The notes under the pieces: generated by a model | Databases searched by the model: none | The model's input: only the letters and a program-made list of their open reading frames with translations | What the model was told of the DNA's origin: nothing | DNA from: Azolla caroliniana | Taxonomy: Eukaryota; Plantae; Polypodiophyta | Reading direction: 5' to 3' | Length of the DNA: 64,000 bases | NCBI GenBank assembly: GCA_043228905.1 | Contig: JBHGNT010000006.1 | Coordinates: 14,570,001-14,634,000 of the forward strand | Translations under genes and position numbers: made by a program | Shown: piece after piece, positions 1 to 13,369 of the stretch | How positions within the stretch are numbered: position 1 is the stretch's first letter | Layout of the letters: every line of letters starts with the position of its first letter

Positions 1-51
1 TCTATCTTGGTCTGGTTTATTTCTATTATTATTTTCTTGACACTTCTTACT

Positions 52-530
52 CTCATTCATTCTTGCATTGTCTTTATCCTTCTCTCAGGCAAACAATGGC
101 ATAGGCTCGAAGCTTTGGTAATGATATTAATGTTATCAACCAAACTGTTCATTCATTCTTGCATTGTCTTTATCCTTCTCTCAGGCAAACAATGGCATAG
201 GCTCGAAGCTTCGGTAATGATATTCATGTTATCAACCAAACTGTTCATTCATTCTTGCATTGTCTTTATCCTTCTCTTAGGCAAACAATGGCATAGGCTC
301 GAAGCTTCGGTAATGATATTCATGTTATCAACCAAACTGTTCATTCATTCTTGCATTGTCTTTATCCTTCTCTTAGGAAAACAATGGCATAGGCCCGAAG
401 CTTCAGTAATGATATTCATGTTATCAACCAAACTGTTCATTCATTCTTGCATTGTCTTTATCCTTTTCTCAAGCAAACAATGGCATAGGCCCGAAGCTTC
501 GGTAATGATATTCATGTTATCAACCAAACC
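52..530. repeat. Tandem repeat, 96-bp unit, ~5 copies
   Basis: CATTCATTCTTGCATTGTCTTTATCC...TTATCAACCAAAC recurs every 96 bp; this produces the 32-aa repeat in ORF 7..558. Confidence 0.9.
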
Positions 531-1144
531 GTTCCAGCTTTCCAACACCCAAGTCTAAAGTTCTAATAGTGTAGCATTGTAAAAGATAATGTGCGGAAGC
601 TAAGACAAAACTGGCTAGTCTGGATAACAGCAGAACACAAAACGAAGGTTTAATGGAAAGCTTGAATACATGGGAGAGACAGAGAGAGCAGAACAATAAA
701 ACTCAATTCAAAATAACAACACTATATATTTACAAATGTCCTATAATAACCAAGATCATTAATCCTACAATGAATACATAAGTGACACAATCATACTGAA
801 GATACGCGTTACCACCCATCCCCCCTGCGCTAGAGTCGACAACACAAACGAGGAATCTTGATTTGTCCCATACCAGCCAGGATCTCCTGTTAGGACCTTG
901 GTAGATGACTAGTCCACATCAAAGAAAGCTTCGTCAGACCACTCATGGGGCTCCCCCCGACTAAGGAGAGTATCCCCTATTTATAGGACCTCGGCCATGT
1001 AATGAAATCTACCTGACCAATCATGTGTGGGGTACCCAATGACACACATTATGTCAGTCCAATAAAGTCGACGACTCAGATATTACAGTATGATAGCCCC
1101 CAAATAAGCATGTCTAAACCAATGAACATTACATACTGCCCCTC

Positions 1145-1896
1145 GCCGTTTAATTGCAGTCTTGCAATGGGAAGTTAGGAAAATGTTTGCATAATGTCTC
1201 TTTAGTTTCCCACGTGTTGTCTTCTACCAATCTATCCTTCCACTTAACCGTTTAGCGATGAACAACCTTCAAACTTAGGTTTCTTGACCTATGGTCGAGG
1301 ATTTTCTCAAGTTCATGTGGAGAAAAATGATCATCCTCCAATGTCGATAAATTAGACGGTGATACAACATTATCATTATAACCAATTGCCTCCTTTAATC
1401 GACTCATGCAGAATACGGGATGAACCATAACATTAGAGGGCAAATCCAAACGATAAGCATTGGGACCTATATGTTTTAAAACTTTATATGGTCCACAATA
1501 CCGTGGGGCTAATTTTGCAAGGTCTTGTTCTCATTATTTCTGAGTCCTTTGGAACCCGTAGAAAAACTTGTTGGCCTACATGGAATTCCCTTGGGTTTTT
1601 ATCATGATTTACATAAAAGACATTTCTGTCCTATGCCATCCTAAGGTTTTCTTCTGCTAATTTACGTGCTTCAAGCATATCAGAGAGAAAATTCTTTGTA
1701 CTATCCAAAGTATGCGAATCGAAACATCAATAGGAGGACGTGGCGTATAACCATACAGCAACATGAACGGGTATTTTGTTGATGTATGCTTAGCACTACT
1801 GTAGGAAAATTCCACCATAGCAAGGTAAGTCTACCATAATGACGGTTTTTGCACTACATGTTCTCTCAACATATCCTCTAATATCTTATTCACTCT
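1145..1896 (-). pseudogene. Element A integrase C-terminus and chromodomain
   Basis: RVNKILEDML; LDLP...VHPVF..SRLK; PHELEKILDHR chromodomain start; several stops and frameshifts. Confidence 0.85.
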
Positions 1897-2342
1897 GTCA
1901 GTGTTGTCCACTGGAATAGTAACCAACGGACAAGAGCGTAGGAATAAGAAATAATATAAGATCATAACGCATGTAACGGTTCACGCAGGAAGCGTGAACG
2001 GCTAAATAGACCCTGCGTATATAAAGGGCAGAAAACCTTTGATAGAGGGAGCGTGTAATTTTGGGAATGTAAGAAACGTCTCATAATAGAATTCTATCTT
2101 CTCTGATTCTCTGTGTATAGTTACGGTTAATCCATTGTGTGTCTTGAGGACCTGAGCGTGTAAGAACGTAAGTGTAATCCTTGCTAAGGATTCAGTTGTA
2201 GCCGTCCCCCTTATACGCTGATAGGTTACAGGGAACATTCCCCTATGCATTATGCTTAGACGCCTATTTGTTGTTCCACACCCACTTGGAGGTCTAGGTC
2301 AAAGGACTGACCGCGGACCGTGTTCCTAATCGGCAACACTTT

Positions 2343-2356
2343 TGGCACGCTTGGTG
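2343..2356 (+). promoter_or_regulatory. Primer-binding site of element B (tRNA-Arg-like TGGCACGC..GGTG)
   Basis: Starts with TGG 4 nt after the LTR's terminal CA; resembles the TGGCACGCCCGGTGGGA class of plant Gypsy PBS. Confidence 0.75.
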
Positions 2357-2617
2357 ATCTGTGTCTTCTCACAGACGAGCAACGACGAATGGATGTTTAG
2401 CCCCAGAGAACCAACACGACAAGACCGGCCAATAACAAGGTCCATCACACGCTAGGCAGAAGAACGCGCACGACAAAAGCCTCGCCTCAGCAACCTCAGT
2501 ACTACTTGCCGTGAGTACAAAGGTGATTCTTCGCTCTCCAAATACCTCGATGAGACGCGGAGACTACGCTTACGACAGCCACCCGGTGGTCTTTCCCGAC
2601 CCGCCGTAGCCCCCACC

Positions 2618-5600
2618 ATGGCCTTTGCCTACCCCCGCTTTAACAACGAGACTGACGCCACAACTCATATTCGCATGTTCCTGAATTTCTGGAATGCGAA
2701 CCACATGGCGCAGAGCCTTTCGGAGGCGGTAGCACACTAGTCGAAAATGAGGGAGTTCGGGTTAACATTAGATGGGCGAGCGGCGTTTTGGCATTCACAG
2801 ATGGATTTACCAGCAATTGTTACAACCTTCGATCAGCTGCAGTCCGCTTTCTTGCGATTCTTCCATCGGAGGGTTCCATAACGCAAAATCCTCGGACAGT
2901 TTTATACAATTAAGCAACTGCCGACCAAGACGATAGCGGATTTCAGCTTACGTTTCCAAAATTTACGACGGAAACTGGAACAGAGCCCCGCGGAGGACGA
3001 GGCTCAGGAAACATTTCTGGCAGCTTTACGTCGGCCCATCCGGGCAACACTCAACAACAATAGCGTGAAAGGGGAAACGGCGGATGTGGTAATTGAACGA
3101 GCGTTACAACTTGAGTTGGATGACGAGGAGGAAAGGTTTTCTATGTCCTCCTTACGACAAGCGTTACCTCAGGACGAGAAACGCCAGTTTCTTCAAGCAA
3201 TCCAGTGCACGATTTGGTTGAACTCGGGGCATTCCACAGTGGAGTGCAATATGCGAATCCATTTCCCAATCTGCCACTCGAAGGCTCACACAGTCGACCA
3301 ATGCGGATACAATATGTTAAATAGAGCCACTCCCGCAGTCCGCAGCATGGACACACAACGTCAACCACACCAGATTGAACAGAGGAAGCAAGAAGACTGA
3401 CCCCGGAATAAGGATCGCAACCCACGGGAGGACCAACACCACCGGAATCGCCAGAATCACAACGATTCCAAGGAGGATGAACCAAAGGACGAGGATTATC
3501 GTGGACATCCGAGTTACGCCAAAGGGCATCGGTGCTACGAGAATCACCGGCCGACAAACAAACGGGGCAGCTTCAATGGTTATCGTGGTAAGCCATGGCA
3601 ATATCGAGATCACCGGCGTTACGACGAAAGCTCGGGAAATGAGCGGCACCAGGAACAACGAAGGGACCAACAATAGCCACCGCGTACGTTCCTCGAGGAG
3701 CAAGTAGCACCAGGGGAGCGGCACACACCACCAGGAGCCGAGAAGGGTGAATCAAGCATCCATTGTTTTATTTGTTAGCAACCCGGAAATTATGCCATGC
3801 AATGCCCAGCATGCAAGGGCTTTAAAGGGGCCCGTTGTCAATACGATTACGACGGAAGTGCAGTAGGTCATGACACGCCAGCAAACAAAAACGGTTGATT
3901 GGGGTGCGCAAGACGAGGTATGCCAACAAGCCCAAGCGTGGGTGGAAAAAGCAAACGCGACAAATACGGAACACATGCGGAAGGAGTCCGCGAAAACAAT
4001 GGAGCGAGCAGAGGCCGAAAGACCAGTCCCAAACCCCATTTGGCAGGCGTCAGCGGGCTGTGAGATAACGTTAACCATGGAGAAACTATTGCAACTAGTC
4101 CCACGCTTCCGCCAGACCATGGAAGAACGGGTGACAGGCATACTCGGGGTGAGTATCGCTACAAACCTTACAGACGTTAGCAATGGACCGTCGGTAGTGG
4201 ATCAACACAACCCAACTATTACATTAATATTACACGGACAACAAATTCTTGGATGCGTAATCAACGGCGGCTCAGGCGTCAATGTAATTAGCGCGAAAAC
4301 TTGCGAGCAGTTAGGCATTTTAAAATGGGAGGCTTGCCCATTCTGGCTCCGAATGGGAGATACCCGCTCAGTACGACCATTAGGGTTAATTCGCAAAATA
4401 GTTATTATCGTGGGCGGACACTGAGTCGACATCTCAGTGGTCGTCCTCACCTTGGACGCCCCAGGGGCGTACCCAGTGCTTCTGGGCAAACCATGGCTTC
4501 GTGCAGCAAATATCAAGCAGAGCTGGCAACACAAGTGTATCAGTTTCCGACACAGACGCACTAAGGTTCGCGTACCTACAAAAGGAAGCACGCCACAACC
4601 GAAGGGTATAACACCATTATACGCAGAAGATATAAATGTGTTGGCTGGGGTGGAGGATGCAGAATTAGAGGCATACCTCGATGAGCACCCTCGGATTATT
4701 CCGCTATTTGAAATAGACATCATCGCAACCGCGGTAGAATATACCACGACCACTGTTCTCCATGACGCGCCTTACGAACCAAACCCAGAGTCCATATTGG
4801 AACTCAGGAGAGCACAGGCAGCCTTCAAAAGGGAAATGGAGATTTCACGATGAGTCACCGCTTCCGCCCTCGAAGAAGTAAATATGGGTACGGAATCGAA
4901 GGCTTGGTTCCTCTTCATCGCAAAGGAATTAAGGCTGGACCAGAGAAAAACGATGATCGCACTACTCACAGAATCTAAGGATGTGTTCTCTTGGGCTCAT
5001 GAGGACATGAAGGGGGTTAGATCCCAAGTTCTATCAGCATAAGATCAATTTAGCAACCAACGCAAAACCCGTCCAACAACGCCGCTACCACATGAACCCG
5101 AACTACGCGACCCGTGTGAAAGAAGAAAATAACAAGCTCCTGAAGGCGGGGTTCATACGACCAGTTAAACAAGCGACATGGTTAAGCCCGATAGTGGTCG
5201 TTCCAAAGAAAAACGGCAAAATAAGGGTATGCATAGATTACCGAAAATTAAACACTGTCACCATTACGGACGCATTTCCCTTACCCTTCACCAATAGCGT
5301 ACTGGATGCCGTCGTAGGCCATGAGATGTATAGTTTTTTAGATGGCTTCAACGGCTATAACCAGGTACGCATGCATCCTGAGGACCAAGAAAAGACGGCA
5401 TTTGTCACGGACTGGGGAGTATATGTGGGAGTCGTCATGATGTTCGGGTTAAAGACGGCACCGGCAACATTTCAACGGACAAGTACAGAGATCTTTGGGG
5501 AATACATTCCGGCGTTCATGCAAGTTTTTTTAGACGACTTTGCAGTATATGGGAGAACAATAGACCATTTTTCGCACTTACAACTATGCCTGGAACGTTG

Positions 5601-7690
5601 TCGCACCGCACGCTTAAGCCTGAATCCCGTGAAATGTGCTTTCGGCGTGACCAGTGGGACTCTCCTGGGCCATATAGTCAGCAAGGAGGGAATAACGGTT
5701 GACCTGAATAAAATCTCTGTGATTACGCAAGCCAAAACTTCGACAAACGCTAAATCACTCAGCCGGTTTTTACGACAAATACGGTGGCATAGTCGGATGA
5801 TACGGTATTTGGCGGACTTCGCCACGCCGTTACACGTTGTTGTACATCGGACTCCTTTCCAATGGACTCCAACGGAGGATAAGGCCTACGAGGCACTTAA
5901 GATAATGCTCACACAGGCTCCTGTCGTACAATCACCAGTTTGGGCGAAGCCATTCCACGTGTTCGTCGACGCCTTGGACATAGCAATAGGAAGTGCACTA
6001 ATGCAGCTCACCGAACCAAGCTAGTACCGGTCAGTATACTACGCTAGTCGCAAATTATCAATAGCAGAGCGTAACTACTCCACAATGGAGTGGGAGGTGC
6101 TAGGGATGATCTATATCATCAATAAATTCCGGCACTATTTATTAGGAAGGAAATTCATGTTCCACGTAGATCATTCGGCGTTACTGTATTTGGTGGAGAA
6201 ACAAGCTCTGACAAGGAAATTGGCGTGGTGAATGCTGCTGCTCCAAGAATTCGATTTCGTAATCCAACACCGACCAGGGAGGCAACATGCAGTGGTGGAT
6301 TTTTTGAGCAGACTCGAGAATGGAGAAACAGTACAGAAAGATGACAACGATTTTCCGGACGCTGATATCCTGCGGGTAGCGACACTCGCAGAAAGAACAG
6401 AATCGACCTTTCCGGACCTGTGGCTTATGGAAATGACGTACTTTTTGACTACGGGACTGCCTCCACCACAATTACGCACGGTCGAGAAGAAACGACTAGC
6501 CGTCCGAAGCCGTCACTTCTGCCTTATCGAAGGCGTTCTATATCACAAAGGAAGTGACGGCATTTGGGGACGTGGGGTACGGTAGGATGAGAAGGAAGCA
6601 GTTTTACGGGAGGCACACTGTGGCACGGCAAGCGGCCATTACGTGGGCAACGTTACATCCCGGAAAGTATGGCAGGCGGGCGTATGGTGGCCAACAACGC
6701 AGAAGGACGCATCTGCGTATTGTAGAAAGTGTGATTTGTGTCAACGGATGGGACAGCCCGCGGAGGGCGCAAGGATACTACACCAGCCCGTATTACCGCT
6801 AGACCCCTTCCAAAAGTGGGGATTGGATTTTGTGGGGCCCTTCACACTGGCGGCAGCCCATACGGGCAATAAATACATATTGGTAGCCACAGATTATTGC
6901 ACCAAATGGGTAGAAGCAAAGGCACTACGGGAAAATACAGCGGCCGTCACAGCCAGATTCCTTTACGAGCACATTTGGTGCCGGTTCGGCTGTCCGATTG
7001 AGCTTATCAATGACCAGGGGAGCCACTTTCTCAATGCGATTGTTCGAGAACTAACACATCATTACGTCGTAGTCCATAAGAAGAGTATGCCATATTATCC
7101 GCAAGCGAATGGATTAGCAGAATCCACCAACAAGACGTTGCAGACCATTTTTAAGAAAATCGTCAATGAAAATAGAACGGACTGGGATACCAAACTACAG
7201 AGTGCGTTATGGGCGTACAGAACCAGCTACAAAACAAGCATACAATCAACACCGTTTCGACTAGCGTTTGGGCTGGAGGTTGTGATGCCGGTCGAATTTC
7301 AAGTTCCTAGTTTGCGAATTCAGGTATGGAACCAACTATCAGAAGCCAAGTCGGAGGAGGTACGGCTCCACCAACTCCTCGAACTAGTGGAAAAACGCGT
7401 CCACAACATGGCTTTGTTGGAGCAGGAACAACGATGGCGTAAAGCGTTTGTGGATCGACATCGGAACGCAAGGGAAAAGGAGTTCGCCGTGGGTCGAGCA
7501 GTGCTGGTTTTCCAAACTCGCATGGGCCATATGCCGGGGAAGTTACGATTCCGTTGGACCGGCCCGTATTGGATAATTGGAGCGGAACAAGGCATGTTCC
7601 AACTAGGTACGCTAGGGAAGTAGTCCGGCAAAAGGTGAATGGGTTTCGGCTCAAACCTTACCTGGGCCCTACGCCACCTAACCCATTCAT
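2618..7690 (+). pseudogene. Element B gag-pol, broken by stops and frameshifts
   Basis: Gag with Cys/His knuckles (3065..3400); protease VI(D>N)GGSGVNVI; RT YSFLDGF.GYNQ and FLDDF (5092..6024); integrase WGLDFVGP, DQGSHF, NGLAE (6643..7623). Confidence 0.93.
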
Positions 7691-10600
7691 CGCCGAACAG
7701 GGCAGAGCCAGAGAACCCGCACCGTAAATGAGCGCCCCACTTGTAACATAATGTAAAAATAGGTTCTAGATAACCATTACAAAAAAAGAGAAAAAAAGAA
7801 GGCAGAAGATAGCGACTATTAAAACGACTAAAGGCATGCACAAACTCCTAGTTCAAGAACACGCGGCACCACGATGGCTCACCGCCCAATGAACCTTAAG
7901 CCACAAAAAGAAGGAAACAGAAGATTTTCTGCACAAAACAGAAACTCATCTTCTAGCTATCAGCGCTTCCATCGCTCCTCCCCCTCACCTTCTCCTCCAT
8001 CCTTTCACACAGCTTCAACCCACCGCAACCACCAGTCTCCTTTCCACGAAGCTCCTCTGGCGATGACAATCTTCATCTCTACTGCCTTACGCTGATGGCT
8101 CGTGGAGAAACGCTTGGATGGGTACATCCGGGTCGCAGAAGCACCCCCACACCCACATGCCATGGACATCGCCAGGAAGCTTAACATCAACACGGTCACC
8201 AACTCCTCCATCCGGAAGGAATTGGACCTGTCATCGCTAGGCGAAAGGCATTTCGAAATCCCTCCGGTAGAGGCACTACAACGATATTTCGGGCCATATT
8301 CCTCCTCCGCCAAAGCCTATAGAACCAAGCAGATTCCGGATCCCTTCTTCCGTGAAGTTGCCAAGTTCCTGCTAGAAGTTGGGCATCATTATCGATACCT
8401 TTGAGGGGCGCGCGGTTGATTGGGGGGTCATCACAGGGCCGGCGTTAAGGAAAGGCCTGCATGCGTACCAGGCAGGCAAAAAGCTTAGGCCGATCATACA
8501 ACAGTACCTTACGGTACTATTTCCACCCCGAGGCCTGCCGGCACCGCAGCCCAGCCGGCCCACGCCCCTGCCCCGATCCGCGAAGCGCAGGTTAGCGGAG
8601 TTATCCGCCCCAGAGTGGGGAGAGGAACCCCAACCCGCCCAGCCTGACCCAAGGACAACACCACCTACCGACCAGCCAGACACACGGACAACGCAGGAGG
8701 AACAGCCGGCACGTTCTATGGAAGCAGTCCCAGAGCCAAACACCGAAACACGACAGGATAGCCCCAGACCGAAACAACGTAGATTGGACAGGAAAGATGG
8801 GCGGGGGTTGGTCAAAAATGCCCCCACGACGACAAAAACACCAACCGAAGGCGATGCCTCCGCAACTACGGAACCCAATACCACTTTCGAAATCATCCGG
8901 GAGCCAGGACCGATCATTACAACCTAGTCCCAATGAGGGAAAGCTGTATTGACGGCGAAAAGCGAGGTTTTGGCATATCCGGATATCCCGGATATGGCCC
9001 ATGAGTTCAGCGCCCTCTTACAGTTTGACACTTCTTTTGAGCTCATGGAGTTCCTGGCAACACAACAGGTAAAAGACGCCCAACTAATGGCCAAAGAGCA
9101 TGCGGAACGCCAGATGATTGAGCGCGCCCTAACACAAACAACGGAGAGCGACAATGAGGACTGGTTAGCCAGGGTCGGCAGACAGAGGAACGCCGGGGTA
9201 CTCCGAGTGGGGATGGAGATACCCCCATTAAACACGGCCCTAGTCAAAGTCCATCGGGAACTAGCCAAGGTCAGCATGGGCGCCAAGGAGATGGCCATAA
9301 AAAATAAGAGTGTTTGGAAGAAGGTGAAACTGACCCAAGTCGAACTACAAAAAGCCAACGAACACATTGCGGAGTTGGAAGCTCACGTGACTATGGCGCA
9401 ACACGCAACTCCGCCACCAAACCACGCCATTGATGCTTTAAAGGAAGAAATTGAGGCTCAGACTGTCATCGCCTCAAAAGCGAAAAGGGTCGTGCAACTA
9501 GCGGAATCAGAAATTGACCGCCTTCGAACAGAACTACGCCAATCCTCAGACCGAGAAAAGGAGATACGGCCGGAAGGTAGTAAAAACCCCTGAAGAGAAA
9601 CTCGCGACGGAGGTAGCTCAGCACATCCGGACAAAAGACGACAACGCCCAATTATGGGAAGACGCGAAGAAATCGGAGGCGACAATCGCGGGACTTCAGG
9701 CCTGTGAAAGATTGCTTGCGGAAGCGTTAGAAAGAACAATACACAGAGACAGAGAGAGAGTATGCGGGAGAGACAGAGAGAGAGAGAGAGAGAGCAAAAC
9801 ACACTATTTTTCAAAATTATATGAATACTCTGTGCTCTGTATCTACAACGCGCTCATCAGCACTATTTATACAAGTCCACACGGAACTGTTAGAAGTACG
9901 GTGTACTGCAATGCTCACACGAGCATCTGACACTAACTACGAGACTATAACTGCCTAGTAGTCTAACCTATACTAGGCTTCCAGTTACGGATTGGATCCG
10001 GCATACCGGCTCCTCTTGCTTACCGGTCCTTACTGCTTACCGGCTTGGTTGCTCACCGGCATACCGATTCCTCTCGCTTACCGGCTCAGGCTTATTCAGC
10101 CGATCCGGCTCCGGTTGAGCTTGCCGCTCAACACTCCCCCTCAAACTCAACCTGAGGTAGGGTCGTAGTGTCAACCTCTGTCGCAGCCGGTTCTTCCAAC
10201 CAACTTCTCCTGGCGTCGCTTCGCCTTGCTTGCGCTCCTTGTCCAGTCCGGTTCCGTTTGCCGCGACCCCTTTGGTTCTGCGCGCATGTCTGCTCAATAG
10301 ACCCATCTCAGCTCATTCGCTGCTATGACTCCGGCACTTGCCGATCCGTCGGTTCCACCGTGATGGCATCGACTTCCGCTGCGTCTGTGTCTCCTTGGCC
10401 TTTTGTTGATCTGACTCATCTGGATCTGTCTGTTGATCCGAATCGGTTGTCGTCAACTTGTTACAGCTCTTGTCCGAATCGGTATCCTTCGATTCGATTT
10501 TCGGCTTCAAGCCTCTCACCACATCGGACCACGTCCGGGTCTTGGCCTTCTCTGTGCTTCCCTTGGCTTCTTCAGCCAGTTCACCGACTTGTTCGGATGT

Positions 10601-12383
10601 GCCGACTTCCTTCGTCAACTCGGCTTCATTTTTCTTCTTGTCTCCACCTCTACCGGTTCTTCTCTTACCTACGGGTTCAACAGTTTTTCCTTTGCCCGTT
10701 TCGGTAGTGTTTTTGCCCTTGCATCTCCCCCTCAAGTGCGGCACGTCGAGATGCTGAACACCAAGCATTTCGGTAAAGTGCTGCAACTTGTCCGACCCGA
10801 GCAGCTTGGTGAAGATGTCGGCAACTTGCCGCTCCGTGTGAACATACTGTAGTTCAACTTCACCGCTCAGGACCCGCTCACGCATGAAGTGATAATGCAC
10901 TTCTATGGGCTTTGTGCGAGCATGGAACACAGGGTTCTTGGCGAGCTGCATGCTGCTGAGGTTATCGCAGTAGATCAGGATCGGGGTCGGTACCATGATC
11001 CGCAAGTCTTGCAGTAGCCGTCGAAGCCAAATGGCTTCACAAGTGGCAATGGTCGCGCCCCGATATTCAGCCTCAGTGCTGGATAGAGCCACTATTGGCT
11101 GCTTTTTGCTGCTCCATGCAACAGCCCCGCTCCCAAGAGAAAACATAAAGCCGGAAGTTGAGCGACGATCCGTTGCATCGCCAGCCCAATCGGCATCCGT
11201 GTAGCCGACAAGCTCTTCGGTTATACCTTGCTAGTATAAGAGCCCCCGGTCCTTAGTGCCGCTTACATACCTCAGTATTCGTTGCGCGCACTGAAGGTGC
11301 TGCACGATCGGCTTCTACATGAATTGGCTTACCACTCCGACCGGATAGCTAATGTCGGGTCGGGTGATGGTCAAGTAGATCAGGCTTCCGACTATTTGTC
11401 GGAACCGTTTCTCATCGCAGGCTGGTCCGAAGTTGGGACGGATCTTCTGATTCCGGTCCAGGGGTGTGGAGACAGGTCAGCATTCCGTCATGCCGAACTT
11501 GTACAACATATTCAACACATAATGGCGTTGAGAAAGCAATATGCCGTTGGGGGTGCGGATCACCTCGATCCCCAAAAAATAATGAAGGTCCCCCAAGTCC
11601 TTCATATCGAATGCGCCCGACAACTGGGACTTGACACGGTTGATTTCCGGAAGACCTAGGCCGGTGATGACTAAATCATCAACATAGAGTAAGATACATA
11701 CCGGACCGTTTGAGCCTTGATGGATGAACAGGGAAGAGTCTGACTGAGAGGCAACAAACCCCATCTTTCGCAACCAGTGCGTGATCTTAGCATTCCAAGC
11801 ACGGGGGGCTTGCTTCAAGCCGTACAACGACTTCCGCAGCCGGCATATCGCTGACTTGTTCATCTCCGATTGAAATCTGGGGGGTTGAGTCATAAAGACT
11901 TCTTCTTCAAGATCTCCTTGAAGGAAGGCATTCTTCACATCCATCTGATGAAGATGCCACCCCCTTGCCGCAACAACCGCCAGTACCACACGAACCGTCG
12001 TCATCTTCGCTACAGGAGTGAAGGTCTCAGGGTGAAAGCATGCAAGTGGAAACAATTAGCTATGTCCTTGACATAGCTAATTAGCTATGCAAAAAGCTAC
12101 CATTGATAAATAGTCATTTTAGTAAAAAGCCATCATTAATAAATTAAGTATGCAAAAAACTACCATTGAAAATACTAGAGTGTTTTAATTACATATGTAA
12201 ATGAGTGCCATAAATGTGCAACATAAATTGATGTGTGCACCATAAATGTGTACCATAAATTATATATCGAATTCCTAGGTCCATTATGCATGATCCTTTG
12301 CCACATCACGTAGGCCATCTCTAGTTGAGTATTGTGGGTTAGTTGCTACCACTGTTGCTAAACCCTATCAAGTCCACCTGCCG

Positions 12384-13037
12384 CCACTCTACACTGAGGG
12401 GCCGCTACTGTGCGTTCCAAGCATCATCAAAGAGCTGCTCAATCTGACGGGGTTCTCTTCTTTGTGACACTCTACACTCAGGGGCCACTACTATGCATTC
12501 CAAGCATCATCAAAGAGCTGTTCAATCTGACGGGGTTCTCTTCTCTGTGCCACTCTACACTCAGGGGCCACTACTATGCGTTCCAAGCATCATCAAAGAG
12601 CTGTTCAATCTGACGGGGTTCTCTTCTCTGTGCCACTCTACACTCAGGGGCCGCTATTGTGCGTTCCAAGCATCATCAAAGAGTTGTTCAATATGACGGG
12701 GTTCTCTTCTCTGTGCCACTCTACACTCAGGGGCCGCTATTGTGCGTTCCAAGCATCATCAAAGAGTTGTTCAATCTGACGGGGTTCTCTTCTCTGTGCC
12801 ACTCTACACTCAGGGGCCGCTATTGTGCGTTCCAAGCATCATCAAAGAGCTGTTCAATCTGACGGGGTTCTCTTCTCTGTGCCACTCTACACTCAGGGGC
12901 CACTACTGTGTGTTCCAAGCATCATTGGTAACTGTTCAATCTGACGGGGTTCTCTTCTCTGTGCCACTCTACTCTCAGGTGCCTTCTATGTGTGTTCCAA
13001 GCATCATCGGTAACTGTTCAATCTGACGGGGTTCTCT
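12384..13037. repeat. Tandem repeat, 83-bp unit, ~8 copies, upstream of the transposase
   Basis: TGCGTTCCAAGCATCATCAAAGAG...CACTCAGGGGCC recurs at 12410, 12493, 12576, 12659, 12742, 12825 and onward. Confidence 0.95.
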
Positions 13038-13369
13038 CCTCCATTGCCATCATTCTATACTCAGTTGCCGCTACTGTCCAGTCCCGGATTGCTTCCACAT
13101 TTCGATTTGACGGAGTTCACTCATCCAACGGCAACATTCTACACTCAGTTGTCGCCATTGGTCGGTCTTGGATCGCCTCCTCAACTGTTTGATCCAACGG
13201 AGTGAACTCCTCTACTATTTGGTCTTGGATTGCAATAACTTTTCTGTCTATTGATTATCTTGTGTATTGTTGTGTCTAATCTTGTGTATTGTGGAATATT
13301 TTTGTGTATTGTTGTTGCCCATACCCATCTTAAATACTTGTTTTTTTTCTGGAAATTTAGGGTTTTAAC

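Noticed and set aside
12410-13192. Series of near-identical 67-aa ORFs
   Set aside because: Artefact of the 83-bp tandem repeat
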